Made by a program: the position numbers and the translations under genes | In this document: positions 21,135-32,261 of the stretch, piece after piece | Layout: the number at the start of each line of letters is the position of its first letter | Numbering within the stretch: the first letter of the stretch is position 1 | Source of the DNA: Rebecca billardiae RCC1528 | Taxonomy: Eukaryota; Protista; Haptophyta | Assembly (NCBI GenBank): GCA_965240325.2 | Contig: OZ251224.1 | Coordinates: 558,001 to 622,000 of the forward strand | Reading direction: 5' to 3' | Length of the DNA stretch: 64,000 nucleotides | The notes under the pieces: generated by a model | What the model was told of the DNA's origin: nothing | The model's input: only the letters and a program-made list of their open reading frames with translations | Database searches by the model: none

Positions 21135-22577
21135 ATGACTGCGGCTGATGCGCAGCCCGCCCGGGCCGGCCTCCGGACCTGGGCGCTCGGAGTGGCCTGC
21201 TTCGCGGCCGGGGCGCTCTTCAACCGCGCATGTCAGCGCGCACACTCACCGGCCGGGCCCTTCGAGGCTGGGGGGCGATTTCTTCTCGAGGCCTCGCCAG
21301 CTGCGCCAACGGCGGACGCCAGCCCTCGCGACACCGTCTGCGGCGAGCACGGCATGCTCTGGGGCGGCGAGCGCGAGTGCACATGCCACGCATGCGCGCA
21401 GGGGTCGCACTGCGAGTCCACGAGTGCTGCGCGGCGCAGGGATGCCTCGTGCGTCATCGACGTGCGTGCCGGCCAACCTACGCTCTTTGAGGACTACTGG
21501 CTTCGCGCGCGCGCGCGGCGTACGTGCGTGTCCGCCGAGCACAGCCTCGAGTACGCGCTGAGCGGCGAGGCGATGCCTCGGCTGCTGGCTGCGATCAGGG
21601 CCGTCCACGCGCTCGTGGGGAACGCGCGGCTCGATGCAAACGTGAGCATCATCGTCGGCGTCGGCTCGCTGTCCCTGCTGCAGGCGGCCATGACCGCCAC
21701 CGCCACGTGGGCTGGCCCGGCAGCCGCAGGCCCGACGCACGTGTGGGCGCCGAGCCCATACCTGAGCTACATCGCAGATGCGTGCCGCTCGCATGGCCGC
21801 CTGCTCAACTGCTCGCGTCTCGGGCAGCGGGAGCCGCCCAGGCGCCAAGAGTTCGCCATGCCCGACGGGCGCTGGCTGCCGCTCGTCGAGGTCGTGACGA
21901 GCCCCAACAACCCGGATGGCCGGCTGCAGCGCTCTCGGCTGTCGGGACCGAACGTTGTTGTGCACGACCACGCCTACTACTGGCCGCACTTCACGCCGGT
22001 GGCCGAGCCCATCGTCGTCAGCCGCCCACAGCACGTCGCGCTCTTCACGATGTCCAAGCTCAGCGGGCACGCGAGCAGCCGCGTCGGGTGGGCGATCGTC
22101 CGCCGCGGCTCGATGCTCGAGAAGAGCCTGCGTGCATACGTCGCGCGCACCACTGTCGGCGTCCCGCGCGACGCGCAGCACCGCGCGGCGGCAGCGCTCG
22201 AGGAGATGGTCGCCGACGGCGGGCAGCTGCTGCGCTGGGCGCAGCAGGCGATGGCGGAGCGCTGGCGGGTGCTGGACGAGGTCTTCGCGCCGGGGGCGCC
22301 CGTGCCGAGCGCGGGGGGCGTGTTCAAGCTGCACGCACGTGAGCCGGCGCAGCGCGACCTCTTCCTGCGGAGGACGACCTCGCCGACACCGGCCTTTGTG
22401 TGGCTCGAGCGAGTGGATGGGGGGAGCGCGTTCAAGGCGCTCGCGAGCGTTGGCATCATCGCAAGAAGCGGCCGGGCCTATGGCGCCGGAGCAAACTTTG
22501 CGCGCCTGTCGCTGATCATGCGTGCTACGGAGTTCGAGCTGCTTGTGCAGAAGCTGCGCAACCTCGGTCACCAGTGA
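21135..22577 (+). CDS. Alliinase / tryptophan aminotransferase-related (TAA1/TAR family) PLP enzyme with EGF-like domain
   Basis: Signal anchor; EGF-like CGEHG..CTCHACAQGSHC..C; GQPTLFEDYW; EVVTSPNNPDG; HDHAYYWPHFTP; PLP lysine in FTMSKLSGHASSRVGWA. Confidence 0.92.
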   Translation: MTAADAQPARAGLRTWALGVACFAAGALFNRACQRAHSPAGPFEAGGRFLLEASPAAPTADASPRDTVCGEHGMLWGGERECTCHACAQGSHCESTSAARRRDASCVIDVRAGQPTLFEDYWLRARARRTCVSAEHSLEYALSGEAMPRLLAAIRAVHALVGNARLDANVSIIVGVGSLSLLQAAMTATATWAGPAAAGPTHVWAPSPYLSYIADACRSHGRLLNCSRLGQREPPRRQEFAMPDGRWLPLVEVVTSPNNPDGRLQRSRLSGPNVVVHDHAYYWPHFTPVAEPIVVSRPQHVALFTMSKLSGHASSRVGWAIVRRGSMLEKSLRAYVARTTVGVPRDAQHRAAAALEEMVADGGQLLRWAQQAMAERWRVLDEVFAPGAPVPSAGGVFKLHAREPAQRDLFLRRTTSPTPAFVWLERVDGGSAFKALASVGIIARSGRAYGAGANFARLSLIMRATEFELLVQKLRNLGHQ

Positions 22578-23424
22578 GTCCTGGTGTCACCACTGACCAG
22601 CGTCGTCCGGCCGTCGGTGCGAACTGCGAACAGCGGGCCGACTGCTTCACTCATCACTGCTGATGCTGACATGCTCCGTTGCACGCCTTTGTTATTAATT
22701 GTTTTATTGTACGTAGCTAATCACTGAGCGCAGAACTAATATGATAAATTATATAAATAGTGATGATAATGTCTTGATAACGGTGAGACTAATCGGGCCG
22801 GCGGGCGCAACTCCGAGTCAAGTCGGGACCATCAGGAACGGTGGACATGCCAGGCCGATGGCCGCCCCGGCACCCGTCGGCGTCGCGTGACTTCATTCAG
22901 CCGAGCTGCTAGGAACGAGCAGCTTACCGTCCGGTACAAACTAGCTTACAGGTCAGTACTGGTAGTCTTAGCAGCCACTGAGACTTCAACTACGGCCCCG
23001 AACGGGATCTCAGACACTCATTCACTCATATGTAATTGTCGACTTCAATTCTTGAAGATTTTCACTCTGAGACTGAAATGCGGCTATCGTCCTCAGCGCC
23101 AGCAGTCTCATCCAAAGGGCCCGCCTGTGGCCGGCGTCCGACACGCCCGACACGCCACGCGCACGGTCCCGGTCCCAGGCCCGCCGGCAGGCCGGCAGCG
23201 ATACTGTGACTGACACACGATCCGGTCAGCACTGTCTTCAGGATCAGGAATGGGGAACGGCTGCACACCGATGGCATCGGGCAGCCAACTGCGCACGTGT
23301 TGCGGCTTGCCACGCCAGGAGACGCGCTGCTTCCGCGTGAAACCTCAGGCCCCCGCAACGCACTGGCGGCAGACTCGCACGGCCTGATGCGCAGATGGTC
23401 CGCAAGCCCTGCGCTCGCGTCAGC

Positions 23425-24162
23425 TCAGACCACGGTGCCAGCAGCGCTCGCGATACGCGGCCAGATGTCGGCGCACTCCTTCGCGACCGGGCCCGTGATG
23501 GCGGAGCCCTTCATGTCACCCTTCACGTTCACGATGACGCCAGCATTGTCTGCGGGCAAGACAGTCGCGGCAGCGCGGCGGAGAGATCAGCGCAGGTGAT
23601 CGAGCAAAGCGTGCAGCGCTTGCGCCGGGTAGGCGCGGGCACGCGCGCACCTTCGAAGTACAAGAAGGTGCCATCGTGCCGCCTCCACGTCTTGCGCTGG
23701 CGCACGACGATGGCAGGCATCACTGCGCGCGGCGGAGACCAACCGACGCGAGAGCGTGGCATAGGGTGCATGGTGTGAGCTCACAGCGAGGCTAGGCACA
23801 GACACAAGCCCCCGCGGTGTGTGGGCGCAGACGCACCCTTTTTCCGGAGCTCGGGCTTGCCCTTCTTCACCGTGGCCATCACCATGTCACCCAGGGTCGC
23901 CTTCGGCAGGCGGTTCAGCCGGGCGCCGATGCCCTTCACCGAGATGATGTAAAGGTTCTTCGCGCCAGTGTTGTCGGCGCAGTTCATGACCGCCGCGACG
24001 TTCAGACCGAGCGTCGTGCGGAACTTGTTCGGCACGGAGCCGGCGCGACCTGCGCGACCGGGCGCAACGCGCACGAAAGAGCCGCGCCGCGTGAGCCATC
24101 GCCCGTCCGCGTGCGCGCCGCGCCGCGCCCGCGCTGGCGAGGCACTCACCGCGCTTGGACAT
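23425..24162 (-). CDS. RPL23: 60S ribosomal protein L23 (uL14); exons 24162-24150, 24049-23837, 23722-23651, 23549-23425 (140 aa)
   Basis: [83 protein letters not shown]. Spliced length 423 nt. Confidence 0.97.
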
Positions 24163-24283
24163 GCTGGCAGACTACGTCGACACGGGCGAGCGAACCCAGT
24201 CCGGTGCCTTGCCCAAGCCGGACACCTTCCAGCCGAGCCGGGCGAGCCCGGACTCGCTCAACAAAGACATCGGGTGGGCCGAT

Positions 24284-26399
24284 CAAAGGAATGAAAGAGA
24301 GATAGGACGGCAACTCCAGTGACCGAGGTCATGCGAAAGACGCCATCGTGCGGGGGGCCGCAGCCCGCTGAGCCGAGGCGCAAGCCGGGGCCGCACCCTC
24401 CCTCCTGCTCCCGGGCGCCGCTCCGCCACGGGCGTGCACGCCGCGAGTTCGACGCGCGCGGCGCTGCCATGCTGCCGACGCTTCGACCGGATCGTCGACC
24501 GGCTGCCGCCGCGCCCGCGCCCGCCGCCGAGCCCACCGGGTGCGCCACGCGCTGCGCGGCATGCGCGGGCGCCGAACTGACCGGCGCCGCCGCGAGCGCC
24601 CGCACGAGGGGCGAGAGAGTGGCAATTTCGCGGGTGTTAAGGTTTGAATGTGGGGTTGGGCCAATCCAGCTCCCATACAGACCTTAACACCCGCGAAAAT
24701 GTCCCCAGACCGTGCGCTCACGACGCGCGTATGCTACCTGCCTGGGTGCAATGAAGCTGGTTGTGCACCTCTGCGAGCGCCGTCGCCCAAGTCGAGAGAG
24801 CGGATATTTCGCGGGTGTCTTTGTTTGGGCAGTGCCCCGTGTTACTACTCTCGGCATGCACGCCCAAAGACCCGCGTTCTAGACCACAGGGCGCGAGCAG
24901 ACCACGACGCGCACACGCTGCGCGCCTTGGCACAATGCACCTGGCCATGCGACGCCCGTGCGAGCGTCGTCCGAGGCGAGAGAGGGGGCGATTCGCGGGT
25001 GTCTTTGCTTCTTTGGAGGGTTGTGCCCATGCCCTTGGCACGCAGACCTTAACACCCGCGGTTTGTCCGAAGACCGCGCGCTCACGACAGCGCGCGCGCG
25101 CTGCGCGTCGTAGTCAAGCGAATGCAGACTGCCTAGCCCCAACCAGCGTTCGGCACTGGCGGATATCGACGACGATGCTGAGTCGCGGTCGGACAGAGAC
25201 GATGGCAGTCACCTGGGTCAGATTGCAGCCTCTAGAGTCGGCACATACAACAGAGGCTTCGGACTAGGTGCTAGGCAGCGTGCGCAACGATGATGTTCGG
25301 TCTATGAAGTGAGATCGCGCCTAGCGACTACTGTCCCGCCCGTGATGATAATACCCTGGGCCACTCGGTTGCATCATGCCATTCATGGCATCGCGGTGGA
25401 TATGAATGGCACGCGCATGATGTCTCCGGCAGGTTTCCTTGAAGATGATACGAGCATCTGCCTGCGTTGGGCGACGCTCTCTAGGCTCTAGCGCGTTCAA
25501 GGATGGCGCAGTTGCTGTTGGCAGTGCTTGCAGCTAGCCGAGTCCTCCACGACGCGCAGCGCGCGCACGCTGTCGTGAGCGCGCGCTGTCGTGAGCGCGC
25601 GGTCTTCGGACAAACCGCGGGTGTTAAGGTCTGCGTGCCAAGGGCATGGGCACAACCCTCCAAAGAAGCAAAGACACCCGCGAATCGCCCCCTCTCTCGC
25701 CTCGGACGACGCTCGCACGGGCGTCGCATGGCCAGGTGCATTGTGCCAAGGCGCGCAGCGTGTGCGCGTCGTGGTCTGCTCGCGCCCTGTGGTCTAGAAC
25801 GCGGGTCTTTGGGCGTGTATGCCGAGAGTAGTAACACGGGGCACTGCCCAAACAAAGACACCCGCGAAATATCCGCTCTCTCGACTTGGGCGACGGCGCT
25901 CGCAGAGGTGCACAACCAGCTTCATTGCACCCAGGCAGGTAGCATACGCGCGTCGTGAGCGCACGGTCTGGGGACATTTTCGCGGGTGTTAAGGTCTGTA
26001 TGGGAGCTGGATTGGCCCAACCCCACATTCAAACCTTAACACCCGCGAAATTGCCACTCTCTCGCCCCTCGTGCGGGCGCTCGCGGCGGCGCCGGTCAGT
26101 TCGGCGCCCGCGCATGCCGCGCAGCGCGTGGCGCACCCGGTGGGCTCGGCGGCGGGCGCGGGCGCGGCGGCAGCCGGTCGACGATCCGGTCGAAGCGTCG
26201 GCAGCATGGCAGCGCCGCGCGCGTCGAACTCGCGGCGTGCACGCCCGTGGCGGAGCGGCGCCCGGGAGCAGGAGGGAGGGTGCGGCCCCGGCTTGCGCCT
26301 CGGCTCAGCGGGCTGCGGCCCCCCGCACGATGGCGTCTTTCGCATGACCTCTGCCCGCGCCGCACTGGGAGTTGCCGTCCTATCTCTTTCATTCCTTTG
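24284..26399. mobile_element. Non-autonomous foldback DNA transposon, P/Galileo-like: ~830-bp TIRs, ~440-bp spacer, 7-bp TSD
   Basis: Arms 24284-~25111 and ~25549-26399 are near-identical reverse complements. Termini CAAAGGAATGAAAGAGA...TCTCTTTCATTCCTTTG. TSD GGCCGAT at 24277-24283 and 26400-26406. Confidence 0.9.
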
Positions 26400-27129
26400 G
26401 GCCGATGCCCCGATGGCCGTGCAAAAGCTCACCGCGATAGCTGCGCCACCCCTCACTCCGCGTCACGCTTTTCATCCCGTCGCCCCATCCGTGCCAGGGA
26501 GCAGCGTGTAGTGCACGCCCCCGTAGCATCGAGGTGGCACCCCAACAAGCGACCTGCCCGGGATCACTCGAGCGATGCGCCTCACACTCGCCGACCTGCC
26601 GCCAGCCGCGGCCCGTGGTGACTGGTGTCTGGTGGCCGCTGTGTAAGCAAGACTAAAGACACGCTGAATGGGCGGTACAGGTACATCCGGCACGGACTGA
26701 TACGCAGCCCCGGGTGTGCTAGAGTCTTTTTGACTCCGCAACACGGCGAGGCGCGCACTTCATGCCGCCGGATCAGACCGGGCCGCCGCGCCGCCGTGAC
26801 CGTGACCGGCTGAGGCTGACGCGGCGGGCCTGACCGAACCGCGGCCCGCGCGTTGAACTAGACTCGTCAGACTGATCAGTAAGGGTCCTACAGACCCCCG
26901 GTAGCAAGTCGACTTTTGACGGCACGGTCTCCAATGAGGACCGACCGACCGACCCGTGACGACACGCGGTCTTGGCTGACACTCGGACGCAGACCGGGTC
27001 CAGATGCCTTGGAGCAGCCCCGAGCGGACGAGCCCGGCGCCGCCGGCATCAGATGGCGGCGTCCAAGCGCTGCGACTCGCCGGGAGATAGGGCGGGAGAT
27101 AGGGCGCGGACTCAGCCCCGGCGGCGTCG

Positions 27130-29203
27130 TCATTGCGCGGCCTGGGGGCCCGTCGTGGCCGGGCTCTGGCCCGGGCGGCTGGAGCCGCTGCGTCGCGTGG
27201 CCTTGCTCGCGCTCGGCGTCGGCGTCGGCTTCAGCGGCGATGGCGGCACGATCTTCGCGTCGGGCGGGAGCGACGAGGTGAGGCCCACGTCGTCGCACAG
27301 CCGGCGCCAGTGGATGGTGAGCGAGACCTCGCCCTGGCTCACCTCCTGCAGCTTGTACGTCTGCTGCGTCTTGGGCACGCGCGAGAGCTCGGAGAGCGGC
27401 AGCGTGAGCGAGCCGAGCGGGTCGTCGTCGCCCACCATGTCGCGGTCGAAGAGGCGCAGCGTCAGCTTGTCCAGCGCCGCGTCGCGCACGGCGAAGCGGA
27501 ACTTCTCCTCCCAGCGCGGCTCGGTCGTGCGCGTCATCACCTTGCTGCGCTGCTTCGCGTCGCCCACCGAGAGCTTGGCGTATGGGTCGCTGGTGCCGCC
27601 GTAGTCGAGCGCGAGCAGCTCGGACGCGGAGTGCAGCTCGACGATCAGCAGGCCGACCGCTGGCGGCACCGGCCTGCCCACGCGCAGCGAGGCGCGCGCG
27701 AGGCGCAGCTCCTCGTCGTCGAACGCGGCCGCGGCGGGCGTGATGTCGTTCTCGTCCTCGGGCGGCGGCGCGAGCGGGTCCTTCGGGAACGGGCGCCACT
27801 GCGCGCGCACGTGCAGCTGCATGCCCGCCGCGCCACCCTGCAGGCTGAGCCGCGTGTCGAGGAAGCCGCGCGCCGAGCGCACCACGTCGCGCACGTCCAG
27901 GTTGCACGTGCCTGCGGGCGCGGCCGCGCGCGCGGGAGGGCGGGCGCGACTCGCGCGGCGCGTCGGTGCGTCGCGCGCCCACACAGCGCGCGCGCGCTGG
28001 GCCGCGCGCGCGCTTGGCGCTCGGTTGGCGCGCACCGAGGATGGCGTTGTTGATCTGATCGTCCCACACCTTGAGGCCCACCACGTCCGAGTCCGGGTGG
28101 TCGACGATCAAGTCGAGCACGTGCGCCCACGCGCACGGCGGCGCGGTCGAGCGGAGCGTGGGCGTGTGCTGGTCGGCGCCGCGCAGCTGCGCGCTGACGA
28201 ACGGCTTGATCGAGCTCACCGCCGCGACGGCCGACATCAGCCCCCCGTACACGTCCCCAATCGAGGAGGGCGCGTGCGCGAGCGACGAGCCGAGCGGCGG
28301 CCGCTTCAGCCCGCTCGCGCCGACGATCTCGAGCTCGAGCACGCCGGCGATGCCCATGGTGAGCGCGTAGTCCGTGTCCATCTCGCAGTCGAGGATGCGC
28401 ACGGGCAGAAAGTTGGGCCAGGTGAAGTACGAGCCGAGCGACCAGCAGATGATGGACTGCAGGCTCTCGGACACGCCCGGCACGCTCATGATGTCAAACG
28501 CGTTCGTCGCGACGGCGAGGCGCACGTCGACGAGGGGCTGCTTGACGAAGCCGATCGAGAGGCCTCCGAAGCACGGCCAGTCCACCACGAGCGGCGCGAA
28601 CACGAGGCGCAGCGTGCCGACCAGCTGCAGCTCGCTCAGCATCACCGGCACGTGCGCGACCGTGTTGAGCCCCACGTCGAGCAGGATGTCCGGCCGGCCG
28701 GCGAGACGCACGTCGAGGTCGAGCACGATCTCGGCGTGCGAGCCGCGCCCGTGGCAGCGCACGCCGGTGACCTGTATCGGCGTGCCGCCCAGCGAGAAGC
28801 GGTCGAACGCGAGCTTCTTGATCGGCGTGCCCTTCACCAGCCGCGCAAAGATCGGGTTGAGGCACCAGATCATCGTGTCCTCGGTCGCGGCGTTCAGGTA
28901 CGGCCAGTACTTCTTGAGGAAGGTGTTCAGCCAGTCCGCGCGCTCCGTGTCCGGGAACGTCACCCACGACGGGAGCACGTCGAGGATGTTCTGCGGCAGC
29001 GAGGCCATCAGCTGGTCGGCCGTGCCCGTCGCGTTCAGCAGGTTCGCCTTGAGCATGCGCTGGCGCTGGCGCGATTCGTACGCGGTGACGAGGACGACCA
29101 CGAGGAGCGCGACGATCACGCTCAGGCGCGGGTCCAGGTCCGCCGCGCCCAGGCAGTACACGCTGCCCACGAGAAAGGCCGCCTCCCAGATGCGCGCCAG
29201 CAT
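27130..29203 (-). CDS. Synaptotagmin/E-Syt-like membrane-contact protein (TM + SMP + 2 C2); intron 27912-28035
   Basis: LPSWVTFPDTERADWLNTFLKKYWPY (SMP); GTSDPYAKLSVG..TTEPRWEEKFRF..FDRDMVGDDDPLG (C2). Spliced 1950 nt, in frame. Confidence 0.92.
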
Positions 29204-29676
29204 CGTTGCGGCGCGCGTACCGACGGCGCGGCGTGTGCGGCTCGGCGTGCAGCGCGCGGTCCCAGCCTCGCAGGTCTCGGATCTCAATCTCAAGTCCGGA
29301 GATCGCAGCCGTCCGTCCGGACCGCGCTGTAAGTACTAAGAGCCGCCCTGTGCGGACTCCAAAGTTGCACTTTCATGACAGTGGGCGCGCTGTGAGTCTG
29401 TGACCCTGCGTGCATATCCACGGGGGGACGTTCGGGGCGATCCTCGGCCATGGTGAGCAAAGCCGTGATCAAGCCGCGGCCAACCGTTGCCGGTTGCGGC
29501 GGGCGTGCTGAATCTGATTCGAAGTGTGCATGCGTATTCTGCGCGCGCACTGCCGACAGCCGCGCGCTGGAGCGCCCCCCGAGACGTGCGGGTACTGCGG
29601 CGACGCGGTGCGTTGCGCTTGTGCGAGCACGGCTTTCACAAGTGATGTGATCTTGGCTGAGAGCTGGGCACTTGAC

Positions 29677-30754
29677 CTACGCGGCGGCGGCATGCGCGCG
29701 AGGCGCGTGCTGCGGAGACGCGCGCGGCACGCGGCACTGCTTGGGTGCCGGCTCGCGCTTCGTGACGTCGCGCATCATCGCGGCGCTCGACGTGCCGCCA
29801 TACTCCTTCGGGATCTCCGACGGCTCGATCAGCTCGAGAAGCGCCGCCTTGCTCGCGCGCTGCGACGAGCACACCGAGACCTTGGCCAGCATGCCTGCGG
29901 ACATGAAGGGCGAGACGAGCGCGTAGCACGCCGCAAACACGAACGGCGCGTTGATGATCAGCACGCGCCCGACGCGCGCGGCGAAGAGCTCGGTGTCGAG
30001 GTACATGATCTCCTCGCAGAAGTCACGCGTGGCACGGTTCATAAGACCCATGGAGAAGCCGCTCATGTCGATCACCTGCAAGGGGCGAGGGCGGTGCACG
30101 GTTGAGCAGCCCGCGTGCATCACGACCGTCCGCGTGCCGTCGTCGAGAGTGACCCACCCAACTTCAGACTGCAACATTAGGTCCCAGGGTGATGCTCAGG
30201 TCCCCGGGGGTGTTGGGCCTGGGCGGTGCGAGCGCGTGTGGCGCTCGCGAGCAGCGCACCAGCGTGAACCAGGCGAAGCTCTCGCGACTCGCAGCCGACA
30301 CTTCGCGCATGCGGGCGCACATCTGCTCGCGGTCCCACAGGTGGAACGCGCGCAGCTCGTCCCTGGACATGTGCTTGCACACAGAGCCAATGTCGAACGC
30401 GCCGAGCTTCGTCCAGCCGACAGGGCGGCCGGTGCGGTCGACACCGCCGTGCCACGTGGGGTAGTAGTACTGGATCACCTCCGACTGGCAGCCAGTCACG
30501 TCCGAGACCGCGCTGTCCGCGAGCACGTCGACCTGGTACTTGTCGCGGTGCGCGAGATGCTCGGCGAGCATCTCGGACGCCCCGGCCACGCTGTTGCCGC
30601 GCGCGCGGAGAAAGAGGAGAAGAAGGGCGTCCTCGTCCTCGGCAGGCTTAAGGGCGGCCTTGCCGAGGCCCTCATACTTGCCTTGCGCGCGCACCATGTC
30701 GGCGAGCGCTGCGAGCGCCTTCCGCTCCTCGGCCGTGACGTGCTGCGACACCAT
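29677..30754 (-). CDS. Sec14/CRAL-TRIO lipid-binding protein; intron 30076-30259
   Basis: LLLFLRARG, HGGVDRTGRPV, VIDMSGFSM, RVLIINAPFVFAACYALVSPF, IPKEYGG. Confidence 0.9.
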
Positions 30755-31332
30755 GGCGCCGGCGTGGACGGCTTTGCGGAGCCAAGGCGTGGCAGCAGTC
30801 GCGCCAACCACATGGTGCCGCAGCAGTCCTGCCGGTGCGGGCGACCGGAGTCCGGACCACGCCAGCTGAAAACTTATTGGCCGCGAGCCAGTCCTATCAC
30901 TATGGCCAGCTGCCCAGCGGACTCACCGAAGTGGTCTCGCCTGCACGGGCACGGGGACTCGCGCCCGAGAGGCGAGAGTGTCGTGCCGGTGCCCGGCCGC
31001 GCGCCCCGGGTGGCAACAGCCCGGTGCCATTAGATTAGTCATTAGTGATTAGACCGCCGCGGCTGGCAGAATCACGGCTTGGACTGGCGCCGCGGAGCCG
31101 CGCCGGACAGCGCTACGACGAATGAGCCAGGAAGCCGGACACGCCTGCAGCGAGACTGGCCAGTCGTCTGTGGGCAGGCAAGGGCAGGTTACGCCGCCAC
31201 GGAGGCGCCACCACGCCGCGGGCGGTGGACGCACCACCTACAGGGCGGGCGGCCGGCACGCCCAGAGCTGAGCCGCATCGGGCGCGCTGCTCCGGACACC
31301 GGCAGGCACAGCTCGGCCCATGTGCGCCGCGC

Positions 31333-32037
31333 TCAGAGCATGTCGTGGTCGTTCGGGCCGGCCTCCAGCGACTGCGCGGGGTGCTCGACCTCGCACTTGA
31401 AGCTCGCGTCGACCACGCCCGCCGTGGCGATGTCCACGTGCATGATCTGCTGGCCGAGCGCGCACGTGCCGAAGAAGCACGACGTCACGACCGAGAGCAG
31501 CACCGACTCGTTGATGCCGTACCGCTTGACGAGCTGCATGCGCGACCAGAGGACGACGAGCCAGAAGAAGACGTGCGGGAGCGCGTTGCGCGCGAGCTCG
31601 GCCACGCTGTACTCGCGGTACGTGATCGTCTGCCCGTCTTCCAACTCGATCTCGACTGGCGCCGGGAAGAGGCCTGCCATCGCGAGCGAGAAGAGCAGGT
31701 AGACAACGCACGCTGCCGTCGTGGCGGCCGCGGCCTGCATGTACGTGCAGATGTTCGCGCGGTGGAGCATGCGGCCCCAGCCGCAGCAGCACAGCGGGAA
31801 CACGAAGATCGGGATGGGGAACGTCACGATGCAGTCCGCAAGGTCGACGTGCCAACGTGCGCCGGGCGCGGTTGGCGTCGGCCGGCCAGGTCGGGCGGGG
31901 GTGGCGTCGACGCCGAGGCGGGACGGCGCATGCGAGACGGGCGCGTCGGCGTACCCGTCCGAGAGCTCGGCCGCACCCCGCTCCCCCGGCCGTGCCTGGT
32001 CGGAGGGATAGGCGGGCGGCCCAGAGCCGATCTCCAT
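31333..32037 (-). CDS. PLAC8-family Cys-rich membrane protein
   Basis: WHVDLADC, FPLCCCGWGR, RMQLVKRYGI, CFFGTCALGQQIMHV. Confidence 0.8.
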   Translation of the reverse strand: MEIGSGPPAYPSDQARPGERGAAELSDGYADAPVSHAPSRLGVDATPARPGRPTPTAPGARWHVDLADCIVTFPIPIFVFPLCCCGWGRMLHRANICTYMQAAAATTAACVVYLLFSLAMAGLFPAPVEIELEDGQTITYREYSVAELARNALPHVFFWLVVLWSRMQLVKRYGINESVLLSVVTSCFFGTCALGQQIMHVDIATAGVVDASFKCEVEHPAQSLEAGPNDHDML

Positions 32038-32261
32038 GCTCGCTGCCCAGGCCGGCGCAGCCGCCGCCGCTCGCCAGCTGCTCACCAAGGACTGGGGGGG
32101 CCGAGTCCGGTTGGCAGTCTGACAACATGGTGATGAAGCGGAAGCACCGGACAGCCCACTTTCGCTTGCCCCAGCGAGCGAGCGTGGCGCAAGTTGCCGC
32201 GTGCGGAAGTGTGGCCGGGCCAGTGGCGCCGAAAAGCAGCCTGCCCGTGCAATCGGCGGCG

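Noticed and set aside
23550-24149. Intronic snoRNAs in RPL23
   Set aside because: No convincing box C/D pair or H/ACA layout in the three ~100-114-nt introns.
24258-26511. Mirrored ORF pairs inside the large inverted repeat as duplicated genes or a transposase
   Set aside because: They follow from TIR symmetry; no DDE or THAP motifs.
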